From a bacterium (GTDB lineage: Bacteria > Zhuqueibacterota > Zhuqueibacteria > Oceanimicrobiales > Oceanimicrobiaceae): a stretch of DNA of 22,399 bases. The DNA lies in the NCBI GenBank assembly GCA_046757525.1, contig JBHHYI010000064.1, positions 1-22,399 on the forward strand, given 5' to 3'. Position numbers and translations under genes: made by a program. The notes beneath the pieces are model-generated. The model was not told where the DNA came from, did not search any database, and worked only from the letters and a program-made list of their open reading frames with translations. Below are positions 8,509 to 16,691 of the stretch, piece by piece (the first letter of the stretch is position 1; the number at the start of each line of letters is the position of its first letter).

Positions 8509-8649
8509 GTCATTCCGAATCCGGCGGCTGCCGGATGAGGAATCTGATGGCGCCACTGATGTTCTTGTTCTCCCAAAAGATAACAGGGAATTAAGAACGT
8601 TCGGTGGTGGTAAGATTTCTCGTCAGGCCACGGCCTGACTCGAAATGAC
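8509..8649. repeat. Repeat B: GTCATTCCGA...TCGAAATGAC multi-stem REP-like element
   Basis: Outer stem 8509-8518/8640-8649. Inner stems are ATCCGGC/GCCGGAT, GAGGAATCT/AGATTTCTC and GTCAGGCC/GGCCTGAC. Confidence 0.65.
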
Positions 8650-8718
8650 AAGGCGGTTAGGACTTGTGGACAGCTCCACTTCAGAGGAGGCGTCCTGAAA
8701 ACCCGAGTCATGGTTCAC

Positions 8719-8805
8719 ATCCCTCTGATTTTCGCTCTGGACGAGCGAAAATCTGTCTCCCTTCAAAGGGAGAATGGACTACGCAATCGAGACGATTGCG
8801 TTACG
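8719..8805 (+). repeat. Repeat family C, copy 1 (three tandem hairpins)
   Basis: Near-identical to 19764-19851. Hairpins are GATTTTCGCTC/GAGCGAAAATC, TCTCCCT/AGGGAGA and ACGCAATCG/CGATTGCGT. Confidence 0.9.
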
Positions 8806-8923
8806 TGGAGCGAGCTTTTCCTGACAGCAATCCAAGACGCTGACCTTGTTAGTGTCTTGTTAGGTTGAACCAGGGGCAACCCTCCTGGCGACAGGTGGCG
8901 TTGCACAAAAAGGACCTTTGATT

Positions 8924-9481
8924 ATGGATTCATACATCAGTCTGATAGGCAGTATTGTGATCGGCGGACTGTTCCTGTTAGGCCTTTTGTTCTTTCAATC
9001 TGATTTAAAGGAACACTCCTTCCACCGCACCAACGATCAAATCGTGCAAGAGCATGCGCTGGCCATCATCGATTTGCTGGAATGGGATTTTCGCAAGATT
9101 GGATTCAACTACCCGTTGGATGCGCTGGCCATCAAGGATACGAACTCCATTTCCTATTATGTGGACCTCGGCAACGACGGCATCATCGACACGGTGCATT
9201 ATACCATCAGCGACACCGGTGCGGCTTCAGCAACGCCTAACCCCAACGACAAGATTCTCTATCGCTGGAGCAACGGCGGACCCCAGGTTGGTGTGGCGTT
9301 GGGCGTCACAGATTTTCGGCTCAAATATTTTGATGAGGCTGGCAACGAAACCAGCAATGTGAAACAGATCAAAACCATTGAAATCACGTTAGAATTGGAA
9401 AGCACCATCCCTTACAACGGCCAATCTTCACATTTCTTTTGGCGGGAGAAGATAACGCCGCTAAACCTGCAGCCGTTGTAG
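8924..9481 (+). CDS. Minor pilin-like protein (PilW/GspJ-like), leaderless
   Basis: ATG 8924 follows SD AAGGA (alternative TTG 8918). It has an N-terminal hydrophobic helix, LEWDFRKIGF (PilW-like 'DLRxAGY'), VALGVTDFRLKYFD and IKTIEITLEL. Confidence 0.7.
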   Translation: MDSYISLIGSIVIGGLFLLGLLFFQSDLKEHSFHRTNDQIVQEHALAIIDLLEWDFRKIGFNYPLDALAIKDTNSISYYVDLGNDGIIDTVHYTISDTGAASATPNPNDKILYRWSNGGPQVGVALGVTDFRLKYFDEAGNETSNVKQIKTIEITLELESTIPYNGQSSHFFWREKITPLNLQPL

Positions 9482-9539
9482 AGGATTGGAGCGAAGAGAC
9501 CTTGAACGGCTTCATTAAACCTTAAGCAAGAGGCGCGTC

Positions 9540-10754
9540 ATGGGCAAAGCCGCTTTGATCGTAGTCTTAGGAGCTTCACTGGTTATGGGCAACATGTTGG
9601 TGGGTTTGAACCAGCGTTCAGTGATCCACAGCGAAAGTATTAACGCTCACTACGAGAGCATTATTTCGCGCAATATTGCCAACAGCGCCGCCAACATGGC
9701 GGCCTCCGAGTTATTTCGCGACTTCAACTGGCGTACCGGTCTGGGTACTACCAGCTTGAATGGCGGCAGCCTCAGCGCCACCGCGCAAGATGTGGTGTTT
9801 GATACGACCTTGACGGTCAAACGAGTACAAGTTACGGCTGTTTCGAATTTTGCCGGCAGCAGCGACACAGTGGTGGTTGTGTTGCACCAGCCGCCTTTTT
9901 CGCAATATGCCTCGTTTAATGACAAATGGTCGCCAACCCTCGTCTACAGCACTGGCGACACTTTCTGGGGGCCCGTGCATACCAACGGCATCTTTCGGAT
10001 GACCGGCAGCCCGGTGTTTTTCGGCAAGGTGACCAGCGTTGGCGCCACTTATGGAACAATTGGAACTACCAATCCACAATTTCTTGGGGGAGTAGAATTT
10101 GGGGTCGATCCGGTTCCCCTTCCCACCAGCTTGCCGGCGTTGATCGACTCCGCCAACAGCGGTGGCGATGTGTACACGGACCATGCCTGGCTGCGATTTA
10201 ATGCCGATGGCTCTTATGACTACGGTTCTGATAATACTTACAGTGGTGGCACAAAATATATTTCAGATTACAACGGTACGCTTATGACCCAGGGACCAAA
10301 GGATATTCACGTGAAGGGCACGCTACATGGTCAACTTACCATTTACAGCGGACGTCACATCTACATTGAAGACGATATCGTTTATGCCAACGATCCTCAG
10401 CTTTACCCGGGCTCCCAAGACATGCTGGGTCTGGTGTCGACAAAAAACGTGATCGTTGCTGACACGCCGGCCAATCAAACCGACGTCGTGATCGACGCAG
10501 CCATTATGGCTCTGGATAAAAGCTTCAAGGTAGATCACTACGACCAGGGTGGCCCCAAGGGCACCTTGACCACATTTGGCAGTATTGTGCAAAAGGAGAA
10601 CGCGCCTCACAGTACTGGCCAATTTGTAGGAGGCGTTTGGACCATAACCAATGGTTACGCGGATCAATCGATTTACGACCAAAGGTTCCTGCAGGTGGGC
10701 CCGCCAGTTTTCCCGTTGGTTCCCAGGGTCTCAGTGTTTTCCTGGTTAGAATAA
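9540..10754 (+). CDS. Large minor pilin (PilX/GspK-like N-terminus, DUF4900-like C-terminal domain)
   Basis: MGKAALIVVLG hydrophobic helix, SRNIANSAANMA (PilX-like), GDTFWGPVHTNG, IYIEDDIVY, DMLGLVS and terminal YDQRF..PPVFP..SWLE. Confidence 0.7.
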   Translation: MGKAALIVVLGASLVMGNMLVGLNQRSVIHSESINAHYESIISRNIANSAANMAASELFRDFNWRTGLGTTSLNGGSLSATAQDVVFDTTLTVKRVQVTAVSNFAGSSDTVVVVLHQPPFSQYASFNDKWSPTLVYSTGDTFWGPVHTNGIFRMTGSPVFFGKVTSVGATYGTIGTTNPQFLGGVEFGVDPVPLPTSLPALIDSANSGGDVYTDHAWLRFNADGSYDYGSDNTYSGGTKYISDYNGTLMTQGPKDIHVKGTLHGQLTIYSGRHIYIEDDIVYANDPQLYPGSQDMLGLVSTKNVIVADTPANQTDVVIDAAIMALDKSFKVDHYDQGGPKGTLTTFGSIVQKENAPHSTGQFVGGVWTITNGYADQSIYDQRFLQVGPPVFPLVPRVSVFSWLE

Positions 10755-10859
10755 ATGGGGGGCCGCCTCCAGTGCATTTTTTAAGATATCTTCATTTTAA
10801 ATTGTTCTGCTTTTTGCAGCACCGTCAGGTATAAATGGTAACAAGTTAAGAGACTCAAC

Positions 10860-12092
10860 ATGGATTTCCAGGAAACCAGACAGTTGCTGAGGAAACTTGC
10901 TGCCGACATTCCGCCGCACTTGTTTGCCGAGGCGAGGCAGTTGTTTATTAGCAATTACCTCGAAGAGCAGCCGGATGAGGTAAAGATCGCCATTAAGAAC
11001 CATCTGGACGTTTTGCTTACTAAAATGAAAAGATTGGTCGCATCGGACATCGACCTGGGTGGCCCGGGTTGTGGCAACCGCATTTGGTACCGCGTTTACG
11101 GCAACAAAAAGCCAGACAGCGAGCTCGCTGAGTACAGCTTAGAAGAAACCGACATTTTGATCAGCAATCTATTGACCAAAAGCGAACGAGAGCAACTCTT
11201 TCACAAACGTAACCTGGATTTCTCCTATCGGGTCTATGACAATCCCAACAAGGTTTGGAGCCGATTTCGCGCCACGATCTATTTTGAACTCAATCACCTG
11301 GCGCTCAACATGCGCCGGATCAACGACCAGATCATTCCGTTTCCGGAATATGGCTTTCCCGAAGAGGTGGCCAAAGCGTTGAGTTTGAAATACCAGAAAT
11401 CGGGCTTGATCCTCGTCACCGGCATCACTGGTTCGGGCAAGAGCACCACGCTGGATTCGATCATCGATGCCAACAACAAAACCATGAATGCCCACATCGT
11501 GATCATTGCCGATCCCATCGAGTACGTGCACACCTCGATTAAATCGATTGTCAAGCACCGAGAGGTGGGACGGGACGTGAATTCGTTCAAGGAAGGCACC
11601 ATCCAGGCGCTGCGACAGGATCCGGATATCATCGTCATCGGTGAGATGCGCGACGCCGACACCATCCTGACCGTCCTCGAAGTGGTGGACAGCGGTCACA
11701 AGGTTTTTTCAACGCTGCACACCTCTTCCGCCGTGGAAAGCATCGACCGAATATTAGGTGAGATCCCCCCGGAGGAGCAGAACCGGATTAGAGAAAGACT
11801 GGCCGATGTGTTGACCTGCGTGATTTCCCAAAAGCTGGTGCCCGGTGTGGACCAGAAGTACATCCTGGTCAAGGAGATTCTGCTGGCCAATCCGTCTATC
11901 AGAACGGCCATTAGAAACAACAACACCGGGGAAATCTATCAAATCATCCATCAGTCCAACGAGTTGGGCATGAACACCATGGAACAGGACTTAGTCAGGA
12001 TATACGCCTCCAACAGAATCGGGTATTTTGAAGCCTACATCAATGCGAACAACAAGAAACGGTTTGAAGAACTGGTAAAGTACAATTATTGA
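10860..12092 (+). CDS. pilT: Retraction ATPase of the PilT/PilU family with an N-terminal extension
   Basis: GLILVTGITGSGKSTTL, HREVGRD, ALRQDPDIIVIGEMRD, SGHKVFSTLHT, ISQKLVP, SIRTAIRN (AIRNLIRE-like) and GMNTMEQDL. Confidence 0.9.
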   Translation: MDFQETRQLLRKLAADIPPHLFAEARQLFISNYLEEQPDEVKIAIKNHLDVLLTKMKRLVASDIDLGGPGCGNRIWYRVYGNKKPDSELAEYSLEETDILISNLLTKSEREQLFHKRNLDFSYRVYDNPNKVWSRFRATIYFELNHLALNMRRINDQIIPFPEYGFPEEVAKALSLKYQKSGLILVTGITGSGKSTTLDSIIDANNKTMNAHIVIIADPIEYVHTSIKSIVKHREVGRDVNSFKEGTIQALRQDPDIIVIGEMRDADTILTVLEVVDSGHKVFSTLHTSSAVESIDRILGEIPPEEQNRIRERLADVLTCVISQKLVPGVDQKYILVKEILLANPSIRTAIRNNNTGEIYQIIHQSNELGMNTMEQDLVRIYASNRIGYFEAYINANNKKRFEELVKYNY

Positions 12093-12104
12093 GGCCGGAC
12101 AGAG

Positions 12105-13790
12105 ATGAAGTCGAAATATGCCATAGGAATTTCGCTCAATGGAAACAATGTAAAAGCAGCCTTCTTGAGTCTTACCAAAGGAAAAGTCCAGATTCTGGGG
12201 CTTCAGTCGAACACTTTGGCCGCGCCCTTAGAAAATTCGCGCTCCTTTCAGAAAAGCGACGGGCAGTTTGCCAGTGAACTGGAAAACGCTTTCGATATCC
12301 AGGAGCCGAGCCACGACAGCAATGGCAACGACGGAAATGGTGAGGAAGCCGCCTTCAACATCGGCGCTCACAAGGATAGCAATGTGAGCGTCCTTTACTC
12401 CTTGATCGAGCAATTTCAGGGCGACAATATTCGCGTGGGAATCAATGCCCCGGTTCTAACGGTCAAGTACGAGATTCTGGATCCCGACACCATTCCAAAA
12501 ACCAAAGGGTTCAAAAGAAAACTAAAGAACAAGATGGAGTTGTGGGAAAACGATTCCAACGGGATTCATCTCACAGCGTATATGAGGGTGAATCAGGAGA
12601 AAGCCATCCGCATCGATTATGAGAATCAGCTTCCGGTGATCGATCTCATTGAGGAGGTTAGCCAGTTTCGCAAAGGTCACTTGAGATTGGACCTCATGGA
12701 CACCAACGAGTTGGCCCTGGCTTACATGGTGAGAAAGAGCTACAATTTAGACCAATACCAATCTACCGCCATCATTTACATCGAACCGGATTTTTCAAGG
12801 GTTGTTTTCCTGAAAGGCAAGTATGTCGATTATATCACGCCCATCATTCACAAAGGCAGCATTTCTAAAGATGTGTTGGACGTCATTTACAGTAAGATCA
12901 TCTTTGCCCAGGATCAGCAATTTATCCCTGAGTTGGACAAAATCGTCTTAGCTTCGCGCAGTGTAAAGCTCAAAGCAAGAGAGTATTTCCAGGAAAAATT
13001 TCCCTCAGCAGCCATTGGGTATGTCAATTCAAAACTGATCGGCTTCGGTGAACGGGTCGACGACACGGGTCGGGTGTTTTCCCAGTACGCCATCCCGATT
13101 GCGTTTGCCTGGAAGCTGTTACAGAAAAAGTCGATCTTTACCAAATTCACCAACCTGCTTCCAGAATATATTTTGGATCGGCAAAAGTTACCCAAGCTGG
13201 CCTACCACGGTTACATTCTGTTGGTTTTGTTAGGGATCACAGCCTTCACGTTCACCTGGCTGCTGATCACCAAGAATTTTCAAATTAGAAAAATTAACCA
13301 CAAGATTGACCTGATCAGCTCTCAAATGGAATTCAACAAACCTCTGGTCGAGAAGGTGAAATATTTCGATGAAGAGATTCAGGTCCTCGACAAAAACATC
13401 GCTCTGGTGGACAGCTTCAGCCAGGGCTACGACGAGACCCTCGAGTTCCTCAAGCGCCTCAATGAAAGTATCCAGGAGCAGCGTCTGATTTGGCTCAAGG
13501 AATTGCACATCAAAGACAAGCATATAACAATCAGTGGATTAGCAGTAAGCCGGGACAAAATACCCATGCTTTCTAATGCCCTCGGTGGCGCCAACTTGAA
13601 AAAGGTGACCCGGGCCGATTATCTCGACAAGAAAGTTTATGCTTTTGAATTGGAAAAGAGGCTCGACGAGTCGGAGAGTACGCACAACGCGACCCTGATG
13701 TCGGTTTTGCAAAACAACAAATTCAGGAGAAAAAAGACTGCCGTCGCAAGCAATGGCGCTTTCACATCCCAGCGGCAGGAGACGAATTAG
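12105..13790 (+). CDS. PilM-PilN fusion-like alignment protein
   Basis: The N-terminal ~345 aa look like a degenerate PilM actin fold (IGISLNGNNVKAAFL; AIIYIEPDFSRVVFLKG; DKIVLA; YAIPIAFA). These are followed by the PilN motif NLLP (13152-13163), a TM helix, a coiled coil and IWLKELHIKDKHITISGLA. Confidence 0.7.
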   Translation: MKSKYAIGISLNGNNVKAAFLSLTKGKVQILGLQSNTLAAPLENSRSFQKSDGQFASELENAFDIQEPSHDSNGNDGNGEEAAFNIGAHKDSNVSVLYSLIEQFQGDNIRVGINAPVLTVKYEILDPDTIPKTKGFKRKLKNKMELWENDSNGIHLTAYMRVNQEKAIRIDYENQLPVIDLIEEVSQFRKGHLRLDLMDTNELALAYMVRKSYNLDQYQSTAIIYIEPDFSRVVFLKGKYVDYITPIIHKGSISKDVLDVIYSKIIFAQDQQFIPELDKIVLASRSVKLKAREYFQEKFPSAAIGYVNSKLIGFGERVDDTGRVFSQYAIPIAFAWKLLQKKSIFTKFTNLLPEYILDRQKLPKLAYHGYILLVLLGITAFTFTWLLITKNFQIRKINHKIDLISSQMEFNKPLVEKVKYFDEEIQVLDKNIALVDSFSQGYDETLEFLKRLNESIQEQRLIWLKELHIKDKHITISGLAVSRDKIPMLSNALGGANLKKVTRADYLDKKVYAFELEKRLDESESTHNATLMSVLQNNKFRRKKTAVASNGAFTSQRQETN

Positions 13791-13806
13791 CTTAGCCATC
13801 TAAAAT

Positions 13807-14709
13807 ATGTTTGCAAAAAGAAACAGCATAACCTTAGCTTCGATCTGGGTCATTCTATTGTTAGTGGGGATTTTCTGGTACACTAAAGACACGCGGACGC
13901 TGGTTCATCTGATGGAACAAAAGATTGCCCTTTCTAAGAAATTAGCCACCTCCCAGGAAACAATTGAAAAACTGAAAGGTGTTGAAGACAATTACAACCA
14001 GTTGAGCGAACAGTGGGAGAATCTTCCCAAAAAGCTTATTTCCGCCGACGAACCTTCCTTTTCTTTGTCCTACATCAATTGGATCATGCAAAAGAACCAT
14101 CTTGAAATTTATTTTGATTTTGTTCTGAACCAAAAGAAACAATTGGACAATTACACCAGGTTTGTCTACACCATCTCGGGTGAGGGTGATTACCGGGATA
14201 TTTACAAATTCATCTGGTATCTGACCCATGAACCCATCCTGTACAAGATCAATTCAATCGATCTCAGAAGGTCGGAAAAGGAATCAGACCTGTTGAAGTT
14301 CACCATGAAGCTGCAAGGATTCACAGTAGAAAGCCAGTCGGAGTTATTTACAGATGTCGGCAACTTGCAGGAAGTCAGCAGCAGTAGTATTCGCGTGCAA
14401 AGGGACGTGTTCTCGCCGCTGATCAGGCCCAAACCTGTGGTGAACAGAGTGGCAAAACCGCCGAAGCCCAAACTTCCGCCCAAATTGCCGGGACAGATCG
14501 ACGTGGAGAAAGCAACTCTGAAAGCCGTAACCAGCAACTCGATCTTTATTCAGGAAGGCCGGAGTGGTTTGAAAGAACTGAAGGTGGGTGACTCGGTCTA
14601 TTTGGGCCGGCTGGTGCGCATCAATCACAGCAGCAACGAAGCAGAATTCGTAATTACCAAGTTTGGCAGATCGCAACGTGTGGTTTTGGGCATTGATTAT
14701 CGAAAGTAG
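13807..14709 (+). CDS. PilO-like protein with a C-terminal PilP/GspC-HR-like domain
   Basis: N-terminal TM, coiled coil, ISGEGDYRDIYKFIWYL (PilO GxYxxLxxF), RDVFSP, a Pro/Lys linker, then LKVGDSVYLGRLVRIN. Confidence 0.65.
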   Translation: MFAKRNSITLASIWVILLLVGIFWYTKDTRTLVHLMEQKIALSKKLATSQETIEKLKGVEDNYNQLSEQWENLPKKLISADEPSFSLSYINWIMQKNHLEIYFDFVLNQKKQLDNYTRFVYTISGEGDYRDIYKFIWYLTHEPILYKINSIDLRRSEKESDLLKFTMKLQGFTVESQSELFTDVGNLQEVSSSSIRVQRDVFSPLIRPKPVVNRVAKPPKPKLPPKLPGQIDVEKATLKAVTSNSIFIQEGRSGLKELKVGDSVYLGRLVRINHSSNEAEFVITKFGRSQRVVLGIDYRK

Positions 14710-14719
14710 GTTAATGGTG

Positions 14720-16270
14720 ATGACACATAAGTACCCTTGGTGGTGGACATGCTTCGGGCTGTTTGCGATGCTACTTCTATTAGCGGCTGACGGGCGCACC
14801 CAGGAAACAATTCCCCGCGATTACCGGCCCGACGAAGTGGTTTCTTTCGACAGTTCCCTGCCGATGCCATCAGCGTTGGACATTTTGAATCAATATAGCA
14901 AAAAATTCGAAGGCAAGATCATCATCGACCCGACGGGCCACTCAGGACCCATCGGTGTCATGGTCAACAACATGTACTGGAAAAGAGCTTTCGAATTCAT
15001 TTTGCGCTCCAATCTGCTGAAGTTTGTTGAACATGAAAAGTACTACGAAGTCGTTCCATTGGGGGCGGCGACTGCCAGGGCGGAAGAGACCCTGAGCACC
15101 GGGACAAGAGAAGTGGAAATCCACGCGGTTTTCTTTGAAGCCGATTATCAGACTCTGCTGGAAGCCGGCATCGATTGGTCGATCATTAAAAGAGGCAAAG
15201 TGGCGGTTAACTCCAGGTTTGGCTCTGAAGTGACCAAGGATTTGTTTTCGGTGCAACTAACCGACCGCTATCGTTTGTGGGATGTGTCGGCTTTGCTGCG
15301 TACGTTCGAGACCTTGAACAAGGGAGAAATCATTGCCAATCCTCAAATAAAGGTCATGGAGGGAGAACAAGGAAAAATCAAAGTGGGCACGAACTTCTTT
15401 CTGACCACCCGGGATTTTGCTGGCAACACCCGCTTCACCGAATACGAATCCGGGATTATTCTCACGGTAACCCCGCACATTATTGGCCAGGGGGATTCCA
15501 TGTTCATTCATCTGGACATCAGCGCTGAACGCAGCAGTGTGTTCCCGGATCCTGTCAACACCACCAAAGCGATCACCGAAAGCCGTACTCAGGTGCTGTT
15601 GCTCAGCGGTGAAGAAACCGCTATCGCAGGCCTGTTTTCCAACGAAGTGCGAGACACTCGTAAAGGCATTCCGCTTTTAAAAGATTTGCCGCCCTGGTTC
15701 TTTGGTTTGCGTTATCTCTTCGGTTTTACCTCAAAAGAGGTCAAGAAAAAGGAGCTGGTCATCCTACTGCGGGCCACGGTGATTCCGACGGTTGCCGAAC
15801 GACTTGGCATGCGATTGGGTCAGAAGAACATTTTAGAACAAAAACGATTGGAATTCAGGAGAAAGCTCCGCCAACTCAGGGGTAAGAAACCTTCAAAGTA
15901 CAACAGCTTTTCCGATGGGAAAGATCATTCGGACAACAACTTTGGCAGAACCAACTCCACGTCCAATACGTCACTCTCCTTCCAGACTGACAACTCTAAA
16001 CGAGCCCTTTCCAGGGCCCCGTTTTATTACGGAGTCGAGGTGGGCACCTTCAGCGACCGGAATGCGGCAGTGAAATTATCGCGAGATTACCAACTAAAAG
16101 GGTACAAGGTAGGCATCTTACAAGAAAGGGACCTTAAGACCACTTTGGTACAGTACCGGTTGCTGGTAGGGGCTTATGTTAAGGAAGCAGAAGCCCGTCG
16201 ACTGGCCAATTACTTCCGCAACCAGAATGGGATTGGCACCAAAGTGGTAAGATTCAAAAGCTCCAAATGA
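14720..16270 (+). CDS. pilQ: Secretin (PilQ/GspD family) with a C-terminal SPOR domain
   Basis: Signal peptide (start 14720 or 14714). Secretin motifs: EVEIHAVFFE, IIANPQIKVMEGEQGKIKVG, GIILTVTPHI, TQVLLLSGEETAIAGL, KGIPLLKDLP, KELVILLRATVI. SPOR-like tail: YGVEVGTFSDRNAA...YRLLVGAY..EAEA. Confidence 0.85.
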   Translation: MTHKYPWWWTCFGLFAMLLLLAADGRTQETIPRDYRPDEVVSFDSSLPMPSALDILNQYSKKFEGKIIIDPTGHSGPIGVMVNNMYWKRAFEFILRSNLLKFVEHEKYYEVVPLGAATARAEETLSTGTREVEIHAVFFEADYQTLLEAGIDWSIIKRGKVAVNSRFGSEVTKDLFSVQLTDRYRLWDVSALLRTFETLNKGEIIANPQIKVMEGEQGKIKVGTNFFLTTRDFAGNTRFTEYESGIILTVTPHIIGQGDSMFIHLDISAERSSVFPDPVNTTKAITESRTQVLLLSGEETAIAGLFSNEVRDTRKGIPLLKDLPPWFFGLRYLFGFTSKEVKKKELVILLRATVIPTVAERLGMRLGQKNILEQKRLEFRRKLRQLRGKKPSKYNSFSDGKDHSDNNFGRTNSTSNTSLSFQTDNSKRALSRAPFYYGVEVGTFSDRNAAVKLSRDYQLKGYKVGILQERDLKTTLVQYRLLVGAYVKEAEARRLANYFRNQNGIGTKVVRFKSSK

Positions 16271-16691
16271 GACCCTGAGCTGCCAAAACAAACTTTTAGC
16301 CGTGCCATTCTCTGAGTCCCTCCAACAGCCATTTGAGGCCACCTTGCTTAGCCACTCAAACTGGCAGGACTGGCCAACGAGATTCCTTCCGAATGACCCT
16401 CGAACAGTTGTCGCCCGCGGGCGCGTTCAAACGCCTTGCGACTTTTCGATTTGACCGACTCCCACAAAGCTTTGTCGAACTGTTTTTCCCCATCTTGCTT
16501 AAAACTACTTGTTTCAATTGTTAGAAAATTGTATTTTTCGTTTTATAGATCGCCGTTGGTCAAAACGAAGCTGGCAAGAGAATCCCGTCGTTGGCATCGC
16601 CGCCCGGAACACCTGTTCATACCAGGCACGGTGTACTCCATAGCCGAGCAGAAACTTTTGACACTACCCCACAAACAGAAAGGAGCCAATC

